Source: an uncultured Gammaproteobacteria bacterium
Lineage (GTDB): Bacteria > Patescibacteriota > Microgenomatia > UBA10105 > UBA927
Direction of reading: 5' to 3'
DNA: 64,000 nucleotides
Assembly: GCA_964527425.1 (NCBI GenBank)
Contig: CAZGOA010000001.1
Span: forward strand, 179,273-243,272
Shown here: piece after piece, positions 1-8,727 of the stretch
Layout of the letters: every line of letters starts with the position of its first letter
Position numbering within the stretch: the first letter of the stretch is position 1
Notes under the pieces: generated by a model
Seen by the model: only the letters and a program-made list of their open reading frames with translations
Told to the model about the DNA's origin: nothing
The model's database searches: none
Position numbers and translations under genes: made by a program

Positions 1-85
1 TATTTTCTAACAGTTGGGATAACTTCTGTTCATGTGGTGAAAAAGAAGGAACAGCAACTAATTCTGATAAAAGTTCAATAATCAT
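1..85 (-). CDS. M20 family metallopeptidase/deacetylase (ArgE/DapE-like), N-terminus only; runs off the window
   Basis: Minus-strand ATG at 85 overlaps the upstream stop (ATGA). Translates MIIELLSELVAVPSFSPHEQKLSQLLEN, resembling the M20 N-terminal 'L..LV.IPS.S..E' pattern. Confidence 0.6.
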   Translation of the reverse strand, partial: MIIELLSELVAVPSFSPHEQKLSQLLEN

Positions 86-1131
86 ACTCGTTGTACATTT
101 TGTAATAATTGTTCCTTGGTCAACGACATGGGCATTAAATTATTATATTCGGAAGCACGAGTTCCCGATGGATCATTAATTGGTACCTGCTGATTAAGTT
201 CACCGGTTCTTTGTATACCAAATAATTCCATCGTTTCTTTTGCAGATACTCTCCCCTGTGCCTTAGCAACAATGAGTACACCTTTAGATAAGGTATTACA
301 TTCTCCGAATACTACATCAGGTACATTTTCCCCATTTGCCAGATCTAGTAAGAGATTGCAGGATACCGCTGCATATAATCCTCTGTTGATATGTTCTGCA
401 TCAGTTGCCGCTTCTGTTATTTCAACCATTGAAATTGTTTGTCCATCAATTACAAGTTCTGCACGTTCAGCAATTCCTGCAGAAACTATTTTTCCGTTAT
501 GTCTTACAATCCCGATTGTATTATTTGGATTATTGCATAGTTCTCGAATATCTTCCTCATTCCAGCCAAATCGTTCATATAATGCATACAACTGACGTAC
601 TGTATCATCTAGCATTGAACCAGTACGTTCTTCGTTATTTAAAATTGATACGCTATAACCTTTTTCTTTGACCAGCTCAATAGTTTTTTGGTAGGGCCGA
701 AACGATATTTGCTCAAGCACAGATAAATTTTCCTGAACTTTATCGTTATCAGATGGGTGTAATTGTCTTGATGGAGCATTTTTAGAAAGATAAATTATTG
801 ACTGTTGATCATTTACAGGAATAATAGATTCAACAAAATCAATCCAAATCTGTCCATCTTTTACTCCTTCACGAATCAAATCATTACTAATTAGAGCTCT
901 GTGTTGTACACGTGTGCATTCTTGCGCATCTAATTTCTCCGTCGCTCTATAGAACTCTCGTAAATAAACAGATAAACCGCTTTGATCTGAAACATAATGT
1001 TCATGAATACCCTTATAACGATTAAACGAAGATGGACTTGGCTCACCAAATCCTCCGATACTACTTGTCCCGGTTATATGTTGCGGGACATCTGCTCCTT
1101 CAAGATTGTTTGTAAGTATTTCTATTGGCAT
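82..1131 (-). CDS. Hypothetical protein with C-terminal GNAT acetyltransferase domain (beta-lysine N-acetyltransferase-like)
   Basis: 349 aa ORF; IVSAGIAE...VEITEAATDAEHINRGLYAAV resembles GNAT motif A as in AblB/YodP. Confidence 0.55.
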   Translation of the reverse strand: MPIEILTNNLEGADVPQHITGTSSIGGFGEPSPSSFNRYKGIHEHYVSDQSGLSVYLREFYRATEKLDAQECTRVQHRALISNDLIREGVKDGQIWIDFVESIIPVNDQQSIIYLSKNAPSRQLHPSDNDKVQENLSVLEQISFRPYQKTIELVKEKGYSVSILNNEERTGSMLDDTVRQLYALYERFGWNEEDIRELCNNPNNTIGIVRHNGKIVSAGIAERAELVIDGQTISMVEITEAATDAEHINRGLYAAVSCNLLLDLANGENVPDVVFGECNTLSKGVLIVAKAQGRVSAKETMELFGIQRTGELNQQVPINDPSGTRASEYNNLMPMSLTKEQLLQNVQRV

Positions 1132-1143
1132 AGTTGTATATAC

Positions 1144-1297
1144 AAAAAAACCCTCTTTTTCAGAGGGATTTATTTCTCGAATTACTACATGTCACTCCAA
1201 GAAATCCCTCAGAGAAGGGAATTTTTGGCAGTTTTATCAATGCATGGAAGTAACATATAATTTTCGGTTATTATAAATCAAACTCAAGGAATGTCAA
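1144..1297 (-). promoter_or_regulatory. Promoter + leader peptide + transcription attenuator
   Basis: TTGACA(1297-1292)-16-TATAAT(1275-1270); uORF 1256-1209 MLLPCIDKTAKNSLL*; alternative helices; terminator CCCTCT-gaaaa-AGAGGG-T7 (1167-1144). Confidence 0.75.
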
Positions 1298-1298
1298 A

Positions 1299-1766
1299 TT
1301 ATTCAATACTGACAACCTTATATGTGATTTTGCCTGCAGGGGCTTCTACATGAATTTCTTCCCCTACCTTTTTACCAATTAAGGCTTTTCCGAGAGGTGA
1401 TTCATGAGAAATTTTCTTTTGCATTGGATCGGCTTCCCATTCTCCTACAATGATAAAAGTTTCTTTTTTACCTTTAATATGAACAGTAACCGTGCTCCCA
1501 ACACCTACAGAACCTTTACCATGAGATGTGACAATTTTAGCGTTATGAAGAATTTCTTCTAATTCACTAATTCGACCATCCATAAAGGCTAAATCCTGTT
1601 TTGCTGCCGCGTATTCACTATTTTCAGATAAATCTCCCAACTCTCGTGCATCTGCCAATCTTTGAACTGCAGCAGGACGTTTTTCATTAATTAGTGTTTC
1701 GTATTCTGACTTTAATTCTTCTAACCCTTCTTGGGTTAACATAACTTGATGTTGTCCATTTGTCAT
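1299..1766 (-). CDS. greA: Transcription elongation factor GreA
   Basis: GDLSENSEY motif; C-terminal ISHESPLGKALIGK. Confidence 0.95.
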   Translation of the reverse strand: MTNGQHQVMLTQEGLEELKSEYETLINEKRPAAVQRLADARELGDLSENSEYAAAKQDLAFMDGRISELEEILHNAKIVTSHGKGSVGVGSTVTVHIKGKKETFIIVGEWEADPMQKKISHESPLGKALIGKKVGEEIHVEAPAGKITYKVVSIE

Positions 1767-1777
1767 AACATCTCCTT

Positions 1778-1888
1778 AAAAAAATCTCCCTCACAACAGT
1801 GATGGGAGCCTACTTGCCCTTTTGTTTATTAGGGCTTAAATAAGTGCTTACAATGCATCATACTAGCCAAGTTCTGTTGCTATGTCAA
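1778..1888 (-). promoter_or_regulatory. greA promoter and leader with intrinsic terminator
   Basis: TTGACA(1888-1883)-17-TAGTAT; hairpin GCCCT/AGGGC; CTCCCaTCAC-tgtt-GTGAGGGAG followed by a T-run directly before the SD AAGGAG. Confidence 0.7.
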
Positions 1889-1987
1889 GATTATATTGAT
1901 ACAATATTTGAGTTCAAAATAAACTAGTTACGTTCAGAATTCATCTATTTTAAATGCATAGTACATTTTGAACCTAAATGAACTTAA

Positions 1988-2061
1988 GCCCCTATCGTCT
2001 AGCGGCCTAGGACGACACGTTCTCAACGTGTAGATCGCCGGTTCGAATCCGGCTAGGGGTA
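1988..2061 (+). tRNA. tRNA-Glu (CTC), CCA not encoded
   Basis: Acceptor GCCCCTA/TAGGGGT; anticodon arm ACACG-TTCTCAA-CGTGT; T arm GCCGG-TTCGAAT-CCGGC. Confidence 0.95.
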
Positions 2062-2066
2062 CTTGT

Positions 2067-2098
2067 AAAGGCCATTCAGAAATTAATGGTCTTTTTTT
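2067..2098 (+). terminator. Intrinsic terminator after tRNA-Glu
   Basis: AAAGGCCATT-cagaaatt-AATGGTCTTT followed by a T-run. Confidence 0.7.
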
Positions 2099-2277
2099 CT
2101 GATTAAGTAAAAAATGTAGAATTAATCTGTATTAGATCAAGATCAATATTAGCAATATCTAGCTTCAATAAAATATTTATTACTTCAATAAATGTCTAGG
2201 GTTGTACTTAATACACATCGGAGGGGGAATATAACAAGTAGAAAGCTTTTAGAATATTAATATATACTTATTTATAC

Positions 2278-2784
2278 ATGGAACAACCTGTAATTCGTAG
2301 TTTTATTAAAGGAAAAGTTACAGAAACTATTTTCAGGCTAATGTTTATAGAAGCAGGAGTATACAAAGTTTTACCATTTGGGTATGAGAATACCTTTCCT
2401 GAACTTTCACAATACAAATTTTCATTTGAATCAGATCAGATTCTTGATCAATTAAGAACAACTCCAGATTTTATACTTATTTCTAATGATAAAACCAAAG
2501 TATACATGGTAGAAGTGAAATATAGGAACCACATCGATTCAATTGAAATATTAAGAATTGCAAATAAATTAGAATCAAAATGGGGTATTAGCCAACTATT
2601 TATAGCAACTAATAAAAAATTTCATTTCGCATCATGTAAATCTATTATTGAAAATAATGGTTTTATACCCCCACTAGAACATTCATGGGTTTCAGAAGAA
2701 ATTCAAAAAAAATACATCTCTTGCTTAAAAGAATATATTGAAATTCCTGATACTTTTATTAAAGAAGGTAAAAGTAAAACTTAA
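2278..2784 (+). CDS. PD-(D/E)XK nuclease-fold protein
   Basis: N-terminal G...E helix, then TPDFIL...VEVKYR catalytic-like motif. Confidence 0.65.
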   Translation: MEQPVIRSFIKGKVTETIFRLMFIEAGVYKVLPFGYENTFPELSQYKFSFESDQILDQLRTTPDFILISNDKTKVYMVEVKYRNHIDSIEILRIANKLESKWGISQLFIATNKKFHFASCKSIIENNGFIPPLEHSWVSEEIQKKYISCLKEYIEIPDTFIKEGKSKT

Positions 2785-2842
2785 CGAAATTTAATAAATA
2801 ATTATTTCGAATTTGGTGAGCTAGGGGGTACCAAATACAATC

Positions 2843-2868
2843 GCTCGGCACATCCGAGCAGTTTTTTT
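2843..2868 (+). terminator. Intrinsic terminator following a tRNA-3'-end-like remnant
   Basis: GCTCGG-cacat-CCGAGC-ag-T7. Confidence 0.65.
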
Positions 2869-3000
2869 ATTATGTACTTCTGGTATATCTAAAAAACATA
2901 AATATTGTTATAACAGTCTCATTAAGTCCCGAGGTTAAAGAAAACTACTTTATGGAACAAAATATATCTATTTTTTCGAACCAATGTTAAAATTCGCTTC

Positions 3001-4167
3001 ATGAACAAAGAATCCTTGCCTTCTCGCAATTCCAAAATTATTTATGGTCCAGAAGATTTATCCTCTGAAACTACTTTTGAAGAGTTGATAAAAAAAGTAG
3101 GAGGAAAAGCTGCAGGGTTGTTATGGATACAAAGATACCTCCCTCATATTCCTCAAGCTCGAATGATAGTAGCCCCTGTTGGCACACCTACACAAGAAAT
3201 AATTACTGCAGCAAAAGAACAACAAATAAGTGAACCTTGGATTATACGAGCAAGTACGCCTATTGATAACCTTCCAGGAATGGAAAATGCGTTTCAAACT
3301 GCAATCTGTATGAAGGGAGGAAATGCTAAAGGGATAATTGATCGAGTTAAAATTGAAGGGGTTAGTGAAAGCCATCCATTTACTGAAACTAGTATTATTC
3401 TTGCAGAATACTCTAAAAGTAGAATACGTGGTACTCTTGTTGGTCACCCACATATAAATGATAAATTACTTGCAGGTATTACTGCAGGTACCTGGCCATT
3501 GACCAGCAATGGCTTTTACAGCATTGATCAAGGTAATAGTGCTTATTGGGAAGATTTTAGCAAATTATATAACGAAAAATACGCTCCATCTTCTGTGCCT
3601 GATGATTTATCAACATTATATGAATGGTATTATCAAATTAAATCTTTGCCCGGAATTACCCCTGAGATGACCTATCAATTAGAATTTGGGCTAAATCCAT
3701 TATTACTTTTCCAATTACGAGACTTTATGCCAGTTCAACATGCAGATTTTCAAATAGAGAGTTCTATACGTTTAAGAGATGATATACCTGGTTATAATCC
3801 TATTGTGTTTGGAATCACCCCTCCAGAGGGAATTGAAGTTATAGTATACAATAAAGACGAAGAGGACCATAAAAATGGACATGAAGGAGTCGGAAAACCA
3901 TTTGATGATTATGATTCTGGAAATGAATTTTCTGATAAAAACAGTATTTGTCTAGTTACTAGTCCTAGTTTCACACACTTTATCCATTTCCCCACCAGAG
4001 CTAATATTTTTTACTACGCAGGAGGATTATTACAACACGAAGATATTAGAAGAATGAGGGAATCCCAAGTTACTATTGTAAATGCTTCTGGTTTAGATTT
4101 TCCAAGTGGTACTACGATAAGAATAATTAGTGATGGAATACGTGTGAATGTTACGGAAGTTAAGTAA
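3001..4167 (+). CDS. Hypothetical protein with PPDK/PEP-synthase-like ATP-grasp N-domain and swivelling His-domain-like C-terminus
   Basis: VGGKAAGL and WIIRAS motifs; C-terminal GGLLQH...RE and GTTIRIISDG. Confidence 0.5.
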   Translation: MNKESLPSRNSKIIYGPEDLSSETTFEELIKKVGGKAAGLLWIQRYLPHIPQARMIVAPVGTPTQEIITAAKEQQISEPWIIRASTPIDNLPGMENAFQTAICMKGGNAKGIIDRVKIEGVSESHPFTETSIILAEYSKSRIRGTLVGHPHINDKLLAGITAGTWPLTSNGFYSIDQGNSAYWEDFSKLYNEKYAPSSVPDDLSTLYEWYYQIKSLPGITPEMTYQLEFGLNPLLLFQLRDFMPVQHADFQIESSIRLRDDIPGYNPIVFGITPPEGIEVIVYNKDEEDHKNGHEGVGKPFDDYDSGNEFSDKNSICLVTSPSFTHFIHFPTRANIFYYAGGLLQHEDIRRMRESQVTIVNASGLDFPSGTTIRIISDGIRVNVTEVK

Positions 4168-4636
4168 ATCATCTAAAACCCTTATTCCAACAGGTAAAAT
4201 ACTCATACAAGTGCATTTTGATGGAATATAAAAAATGAACTCTGAAACGCTACTTCGATGAGAGAATAGTTTATTCCTGCTAGTTTCGGAGAGAAATGAT
4301 CTGAATAAAACATTTAACTAATTTATTTATTCGAAATGACCAATGTAAACGATTTGCCATGTGGGATAATCCCTAGGTGTTTTATCTGTGACACCTATTA
4401 GGTGGAAAGTCTCAAAAAGGTATACTGTTCAGCTTTGATCTAGCCAATCAACTACAGAATACTGAACAACCCCAAGCTATTACCCATATAGTTGAATTCC
4501 GAGAAACCAAGTAATACAGGAAAAATTGACACTTTAGGAAAATACCATAAAATGCTTCGTTAATACTAACACTCAAGTTTTTTAAATATACAATGGATTA
4601 TTTAATAAATGTTTATTTTAGTAAAATAATAGGAAT

Positions 4637-5131
4637 ATGGATGTAGTAACTATTAGTATAGTTTCTCTTATTGTATTCACAATATTGTGTGGAATCATAA
4701 TTTCATTACTTATTACTAGGTCTATACATAATTATTATCAAAAAAACTCAATATTGACTGAAGGTGAATTACGATTTTATAGAATACTATCATTTCTTGT
4801 TAAAGATTCTTACTTTATATTTCCCCAAGTAAGATTAGCAAACGTTGTAAAGATACCAAAAGAACGATTTTTTTGGGAAAGCTTTAATCCTTTAGGAAGT
4901 AAATGTGTTGATTTTGTCCTGTGTGATAAAAAAACGGGAGAAACATTGTTGGTTATTGAATTAGACGACAAGACTCATACGTTACCACACAGAAGAAGAA
5001 GAGATAAGTTTGTAGATACGGTTTTGAAAAAAGCAGGAATTCCTATCTTACACCAACCATATTTGGGTAATTATAAAAATGAAGACTTAATAAAAAAAAT
5101 TAACAAATGCGTTGGAAAAACCTTAATGTGA
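4637..5131 (+). CDS. DUF2726 domain membrane-anchored protein
   Basis: N-terminal TM; LTEGELRFY, FPQVRLANVV, VDFVLCD, VIELDDKTH, RRRRDKFVD. Confidence 0.85.
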   Translation: MDVVTISIVSLIVFTILCGIIISLLITRSIHNYYQKNSILTEGELRFYRILSFLVKDSYFIFPQVRLANVVKIPKERFFWESFNPLGSKCVDFVLCDKKTGETLLVIELDDKTHTLPHRRRRDKFVDTVLKKAGIPILHQPYLGNYKNEDLIKKINKCVGKTLM

Positions 5132-5139
5132 GTGTAAAC

Positions 5140-5556
5140 CTATTCGTTAATGTTTTTATTCCTATACAGAAAGATTGCACTAATACATATTGTTATCATT
5201 AGTAATTGACAGGCAATACAGACTGGACAAATTACGTATAACTGAAACAACTCAACATAAGCTAACCATAAACAAAAAACTAGTCCAAAAGCTGCAGTTG
5301 CCAACAATATTCTTTTCTTTCTGAACAAAGCTGAAAAGAAAATAACAATATACCCTACTAATCCATACAGTGGAGTAGGTAATCCAAAGGTTTTAGCTAC
5401 TTCTCCAGTAATAATTGCATCACAATTAATAACACTGTTTACATTACATGGTTTGAATGCAGGAACAAATAATTGTTGCCAGAATAAATAAATGGCCAAC
5501 AATATTCCAAATATAGAAAAAATGGTAATAAGTCTATACAGTTTATTAAAACTCAT
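5140..5556 (-). CDS. Vitamin K epoxide reductase (VKOR) family protein
   Basis: CNVNSVINC loop, CPVC redox motif, about 4 TM helices. Confidence 0.85.
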   Translation of the reverse strand: MSFNKLYRLITIFSIFGILLAIYLFWQQLFVPAFKPCNVNSVINCDAIITGEVAKTFGLPTPLYGLVGYIVIFFSALFRKKRILLATAAFGLVFCLWLAYVELFQLYVICPVCIACQLLMITICISAIFLYRNKNINE

Positions 5557-5599
5557 ATTTTCTTAACGTTATTTTCACTTCTAATCCCAATAAAAACTG

Positions 5600-5713
5600 T
5601 GCTCTTGCTTCTGCTAGTCGATATGCAATAGCATATCCTATACCAACTGCACCAGTTATTATTGCTGTTTTACCTGATAAATTTAGTAATTCATTCAAAG
5701 GTTTAACATCCTT
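5600..5713 (-). pseudogene. Remnant of a short-chain dehydrogenase/reductase (N-terminal Rossmann fragment)
   Basis: Minus strand reads KDVKPLNELLNLSGKTAIITGAVGIGYAIAYRLAEAR; no ATG found; similarity ends after about 38 aa. Confidence 0.7.
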
Positions 5714-5783
5714 ATATTTACACCTAATAATTAAAGTATCTACAATATATTGATAATTATAAAAGCGTATAAATAGTATGCCC

Positions 5784-5799
5784 TGTGACAGTTATCACT
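5784..5799. promoter_or_regulatory. CRP/FNR-type binding site
   Basis: TGTGA-cagtta-TCACT, centred about 42 nt upstream of a start predicted from the minus-strand TATAAT at 5761-5756. Confidence 0.5.
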
Positions 5800-6373
5800 A
5801 ATTGCGGCTTTTTGTATGTTTTACTATTCCTCTAAAGAGAAACTCATACAATTCACTAATCACCTGTTTTCGATCATCACCTTTGGGAATATGTGGATAG
5901 TACTCTAACAAATATCCATTAATTGCATGGACTATAACTCTGGATTGTTTATCAATGTCTTTGTTTTTAAATTCACCTGTCGATATACCGTGTTCTAACA
6001 CTTCCTTTATATGTAAATATGTTTTTTCTGGAAGAAAACCAGTACGCAAAATTGGAAATTCCTTGCGGTATGAAAAATAAAACTTCAATACACTTACTAC
6101 TAAATCAGCATTATCAAACTGAAATTCTATCCTCTGTCTTAACATATCTTTGGCAGTTTCTGGAGTTAATAATTTTGATCTTCGTTTGCCTAATTCTCTA
6201 TTTGTTTCATCAAACATTGCTCTTAATAAAAGCGGTTTAGTAGGGAAATAATGATACAGAACAGATGGAGAAATTTTTACTTCTTTGGCTAAACTCCTCA
6301 TAGTTACTCCAGAAAGCCCTCCATGTGCCATTAATTTCATTACTTTTTTTACAATTTTTTTGCTTGTTATCAT
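5798..6373 (-). CDS. TetR/AcrR family transcriptional regulator
   Basis: GLSGVTMRSLAKEVKISPSVLYHYFPTK HTH. Confidence 0.9.
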   Translation of the reverse strand: MITSKKIVKKVMKLMAHGGLSGVTMRSLAKEVKISPSVLYHYFPTKPLLLRAMFDETNRELGKRRSKLLTPETAKDMLRQRIEFQFDNADLVVSVLKFYFSYRKEFPILRTGFLPEKTYLHIKEVLEHGISTGEFKNKDIDKQSRVIVHAINGYLLEYYPHIPKGDDRKQVISELYEFLFRGIVKHTKSRN

Positions 6374-6388
6374 AGAACATTTGTTCTA
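6373..6388. promoter_or_regulatory. Palindromic operator between tetR and crtI
   Basis: Perfect inverted repeat TAGAACA-tt-TGTTCTA at the tetR start codon. Confidence 0.55.
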
Positions 6389-6425
6389 CTATATGTATTA
6401 TATCAATAGATAATTTAGTAATTAT

Positions 6426-7898
6426 ATGAAAAAAAATGTTATCATTATAGGTGCAGGAATTGGGGGGTTGGCTACAGCAGCTCTCTTACGTAAACAAGGT
6501 CATACTGTTACTATCCTTGAGAAGAATAATGAACTAGGCGGCAGAGCAAGAGTATGGAAAGAAAAACACTTTACGTTTGATATGGGACCTTCCTGGTACC
6601 TGATGCCAGATGTATTTGAGAAATTTTTTTCTTTGTTTAACAAACAACCTTCTGATTATTTTAAACTAATTCATTTAGATCCTCACTATCGTATTTTTTA
6701 TAGTAAAAACACGTTTATCGATATATCAAGTAATTTACAAAAAAATTTAGCATTATTTGAAAAATTAGAACCCGGTGCAAAAGATAACATACTTCGTTAT
6801 TTAACGATTGCAGCTACTAACTATACTACTGCTATTGATCATGTGCTATATAAAAACTTTACTTCAGTATTTTCTTTTTTTACGAAGGAGATAATGAAAG
6901 CAGGCTCTACATTTCCGTTATTTCATAATTTAGATTCGTTTACAAATAAGTTTACCCAAAACAAGCAAATTAAACAGATTCTCGAATATTCAATCGTATT
7001 TTTAGGTGGCTCTCCAAACAACACGCCTGCTTTGTATTCAATTATGTCTCATATAGATTTTAATATGGGAGTATTTTATCCAAATGGTGGTATGGGAGAA
7101 ATTGTTAATGCACTCGTTTCTCTTTGCAGAGACTTAGGTGTAACTATCCATACAAATTCTGAAGTTATTAGATTAAACATTTCTAATGGAACTATAGATA
7201 GTGTTAAAACTAATAAGGATTTATTGTCATGCGATGCAGTTATATCAAACGCAGACTACCCATTTACTGAAACAACCCTTATTGATAAAAAATGGCAATC
7301 ATATCCGAAATCTTATTGGAAGAAAAAAACAATTGCTCCATCTGCATTCTTACTCTATCTGGGAATAAAGGGTAGGGTTAAAAACCTATCACATCACAAT
7401 TTGTTTTTTGCCAATAATTGGGAAGAACATTTTAATGAACTGTTTACTAACCCCACATGGCCAAAAAAACCATCTTATTATGTATGTTGTCCATCAAAAA
7501 CAGATCCAACAGTTGCACCTAAGAATCATGAAAATTTATTTTTACTGGTACCTGTATCTCCGTATTTAAATGATACTGAGAGTATAAGAGAACAATATGC
7601 TAAAAAAATACTTTCTCATCTAGAATTGTTAATTGATGAAGACATTACTAACAGAATAGTTGTCAAACGAATATATTCTCAACGTGACTTTATTGGCGAT
7701 TATAATGCTTATCAAGGCACTGCACTAGGACTTTCTCATACTTTATTTCAGACATCTTTTTTGAGACCTAGCATAAAAAGTAAAAAAGTAAAGAATTTAC
7801 TTTATGTGGGACAGTATACTCAACCTGGCATAGGAGTGCCCATGTGTCTTATTTCTGCACAATTAGTCCGAGATGAATTTGTGAATATGTATGGATAA
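6426..7898 (+). CDS. crtI: Phytoene desaturase
   Basis: IIGAGIGGL FAD site, FTFDMGPSWYLMPD, C-terminal YVGQYTQPGIGVPMCLISA. Confidence 0.93.
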   Translation: MKKNVIIIGAGIGGLATAALLRKQGHTVTILEKNNELGGRARVWKEKHFTFDMGPSWYLMPDVFEKFFSLFNKQPSDYFKLIHLDPHYRIFYSKNTFIDISSNLQKNLALFEKLEPGAKDNILRYLTIAATNYTTAIDHVLYKNFTSVFSFFTKEIMKAGSTFPLFHNLDSFTNKFTQNKQIKQILEYSIVFLGGSPNNTPALYSIMSHIDFNMGVFYPNGGMGEIVNALVSLCRDLGVTIHTNSEVIRLNISNGTIDSVKTNKDLLSCDAVISNADYPFTETTLIDKKWQSYPKSYWKKKTIAPSAFLLYLGIKGRVKNLSHHNLFFANNWEEHFNELFTNPTWPKKPSYYVCCPSKTDPTVAPKNHENLFLLVPVSPYLNDTESIREQYAKKILSHLELLIDEDITNRIVVKRIYSQRDFIGDYNAYQGTALGLSHTLFQTSFLRPSIKSKKVKNLLYVGQYTQPGIGVPMCLISAQLVRDEFVNMYG

Positions 7899-8727
7899 TT
7901 CTTCATTTGAAACTATTTTTAAATCGAGCAGTAGAACGTTTTATTATAGCAGTTTATTTTTTCCATCTGAAATAAAACGAGATGTTTTTATACTCTATAG
8001 TTTTGTTCGAACTGTAGATAATTTTGTTGACTGTGTGCCGCAACAAAAAGATTCATTTTTCTCGTTTGTAGAAGATTATTATAAAACTCTTAATAAAAAA
8101 TCCAGTAACAATATAATTATTCACGAATTTGTTCGTTTAATGATCAGAAAGAAGATTAATAGAGAATGGGTTGATGCATTTATTGAAGTCATGAAACAAG
8201 ATCTTACAAAAAAAGTATATAGATCTATGAACGATACGTTACAGTATATGTATGGATCTGCAGAAGTAATTGGACTAATGATGGCTACTATTTTGGAACT
8301 ACCTAAACAATCTTATGCATCTGCTGCATTACTTGGTCGATCTATGCAATATATTAACTTTATACGTGATATACAGGAAGATTTACTGTTGGGAAGAACT
8401 TATTTTCCGTTGGGTGAGTTAAAACAATATCATTTAACAGATTTAACGTATGAAAGCACTAGTAATAAGAAAACAAATTTTGAAGAGTTTATTCGAAAAC
8501 AGATAAACACGTATACGAATTGGCAAAAAGAAGCTGAATCTGGGTTTTCCTACATTCCTTACCGTTATAGAGTGCCTATTAAAACAGCTTCAGACTTATA
8601 TAATTGGACAGCCAACGAAATTAATAAGAATCCTTTTGTCGTTTATCAGAAAAAAGTTAAGCCTACAATTCCAACAATATTACAATACTTAACGAGAAAC
8701 TCTGTTTATGCTTTGTTTTTTCAATGA
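7891..8727 (+). CDS. crtB: Phytoene synthase
   Basis: SRTFYYSS, LYSFVRTVDNFVD, YMYGSAEVIG, MQYINFIRDIQED, GRTYFP. Confidence 0.93.
   Translation: MDNSSFETIFKSSSRTFYYSSLFFPSEIKRDVFILYSFVRTVDNFVDCVPQQKDSFFSFVEDYYKTLNKKSSNNIIIHEFVRLMIRKKINREWVDAFIEVMKQDLTKKVYRSMNDTLQYMYGSAEVIGLMMATILELPKQSYASAALLGRSMQYINFIRDIQEDLLLGRTYFPLGELKQYHLTDLTYESTSNKKTNFEEFIRKQINTYTNWQKEAESGFSYIPYRYRVPIKTASDLYNWTANEINKNPFVVYQKKVKPTIPTILQYLTRNSVYALFFQ

Noticed and set aside
997-1260. 87-aa plus-strand ORF and other short antisense ORFs in the track (e.g. 272-595, 20662-21009, 59168-59533, 62791-63048)
   Set aside because: Shadows of well-supported opposite-strand genes or regulatory leaders.
4168-4636. Long intergenic region with hairpin TAGGTGT/ACACCTA and short ORF pieces
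   Set aside because: No recognisable RNA motif or protein family; probably decayed coding sequence.
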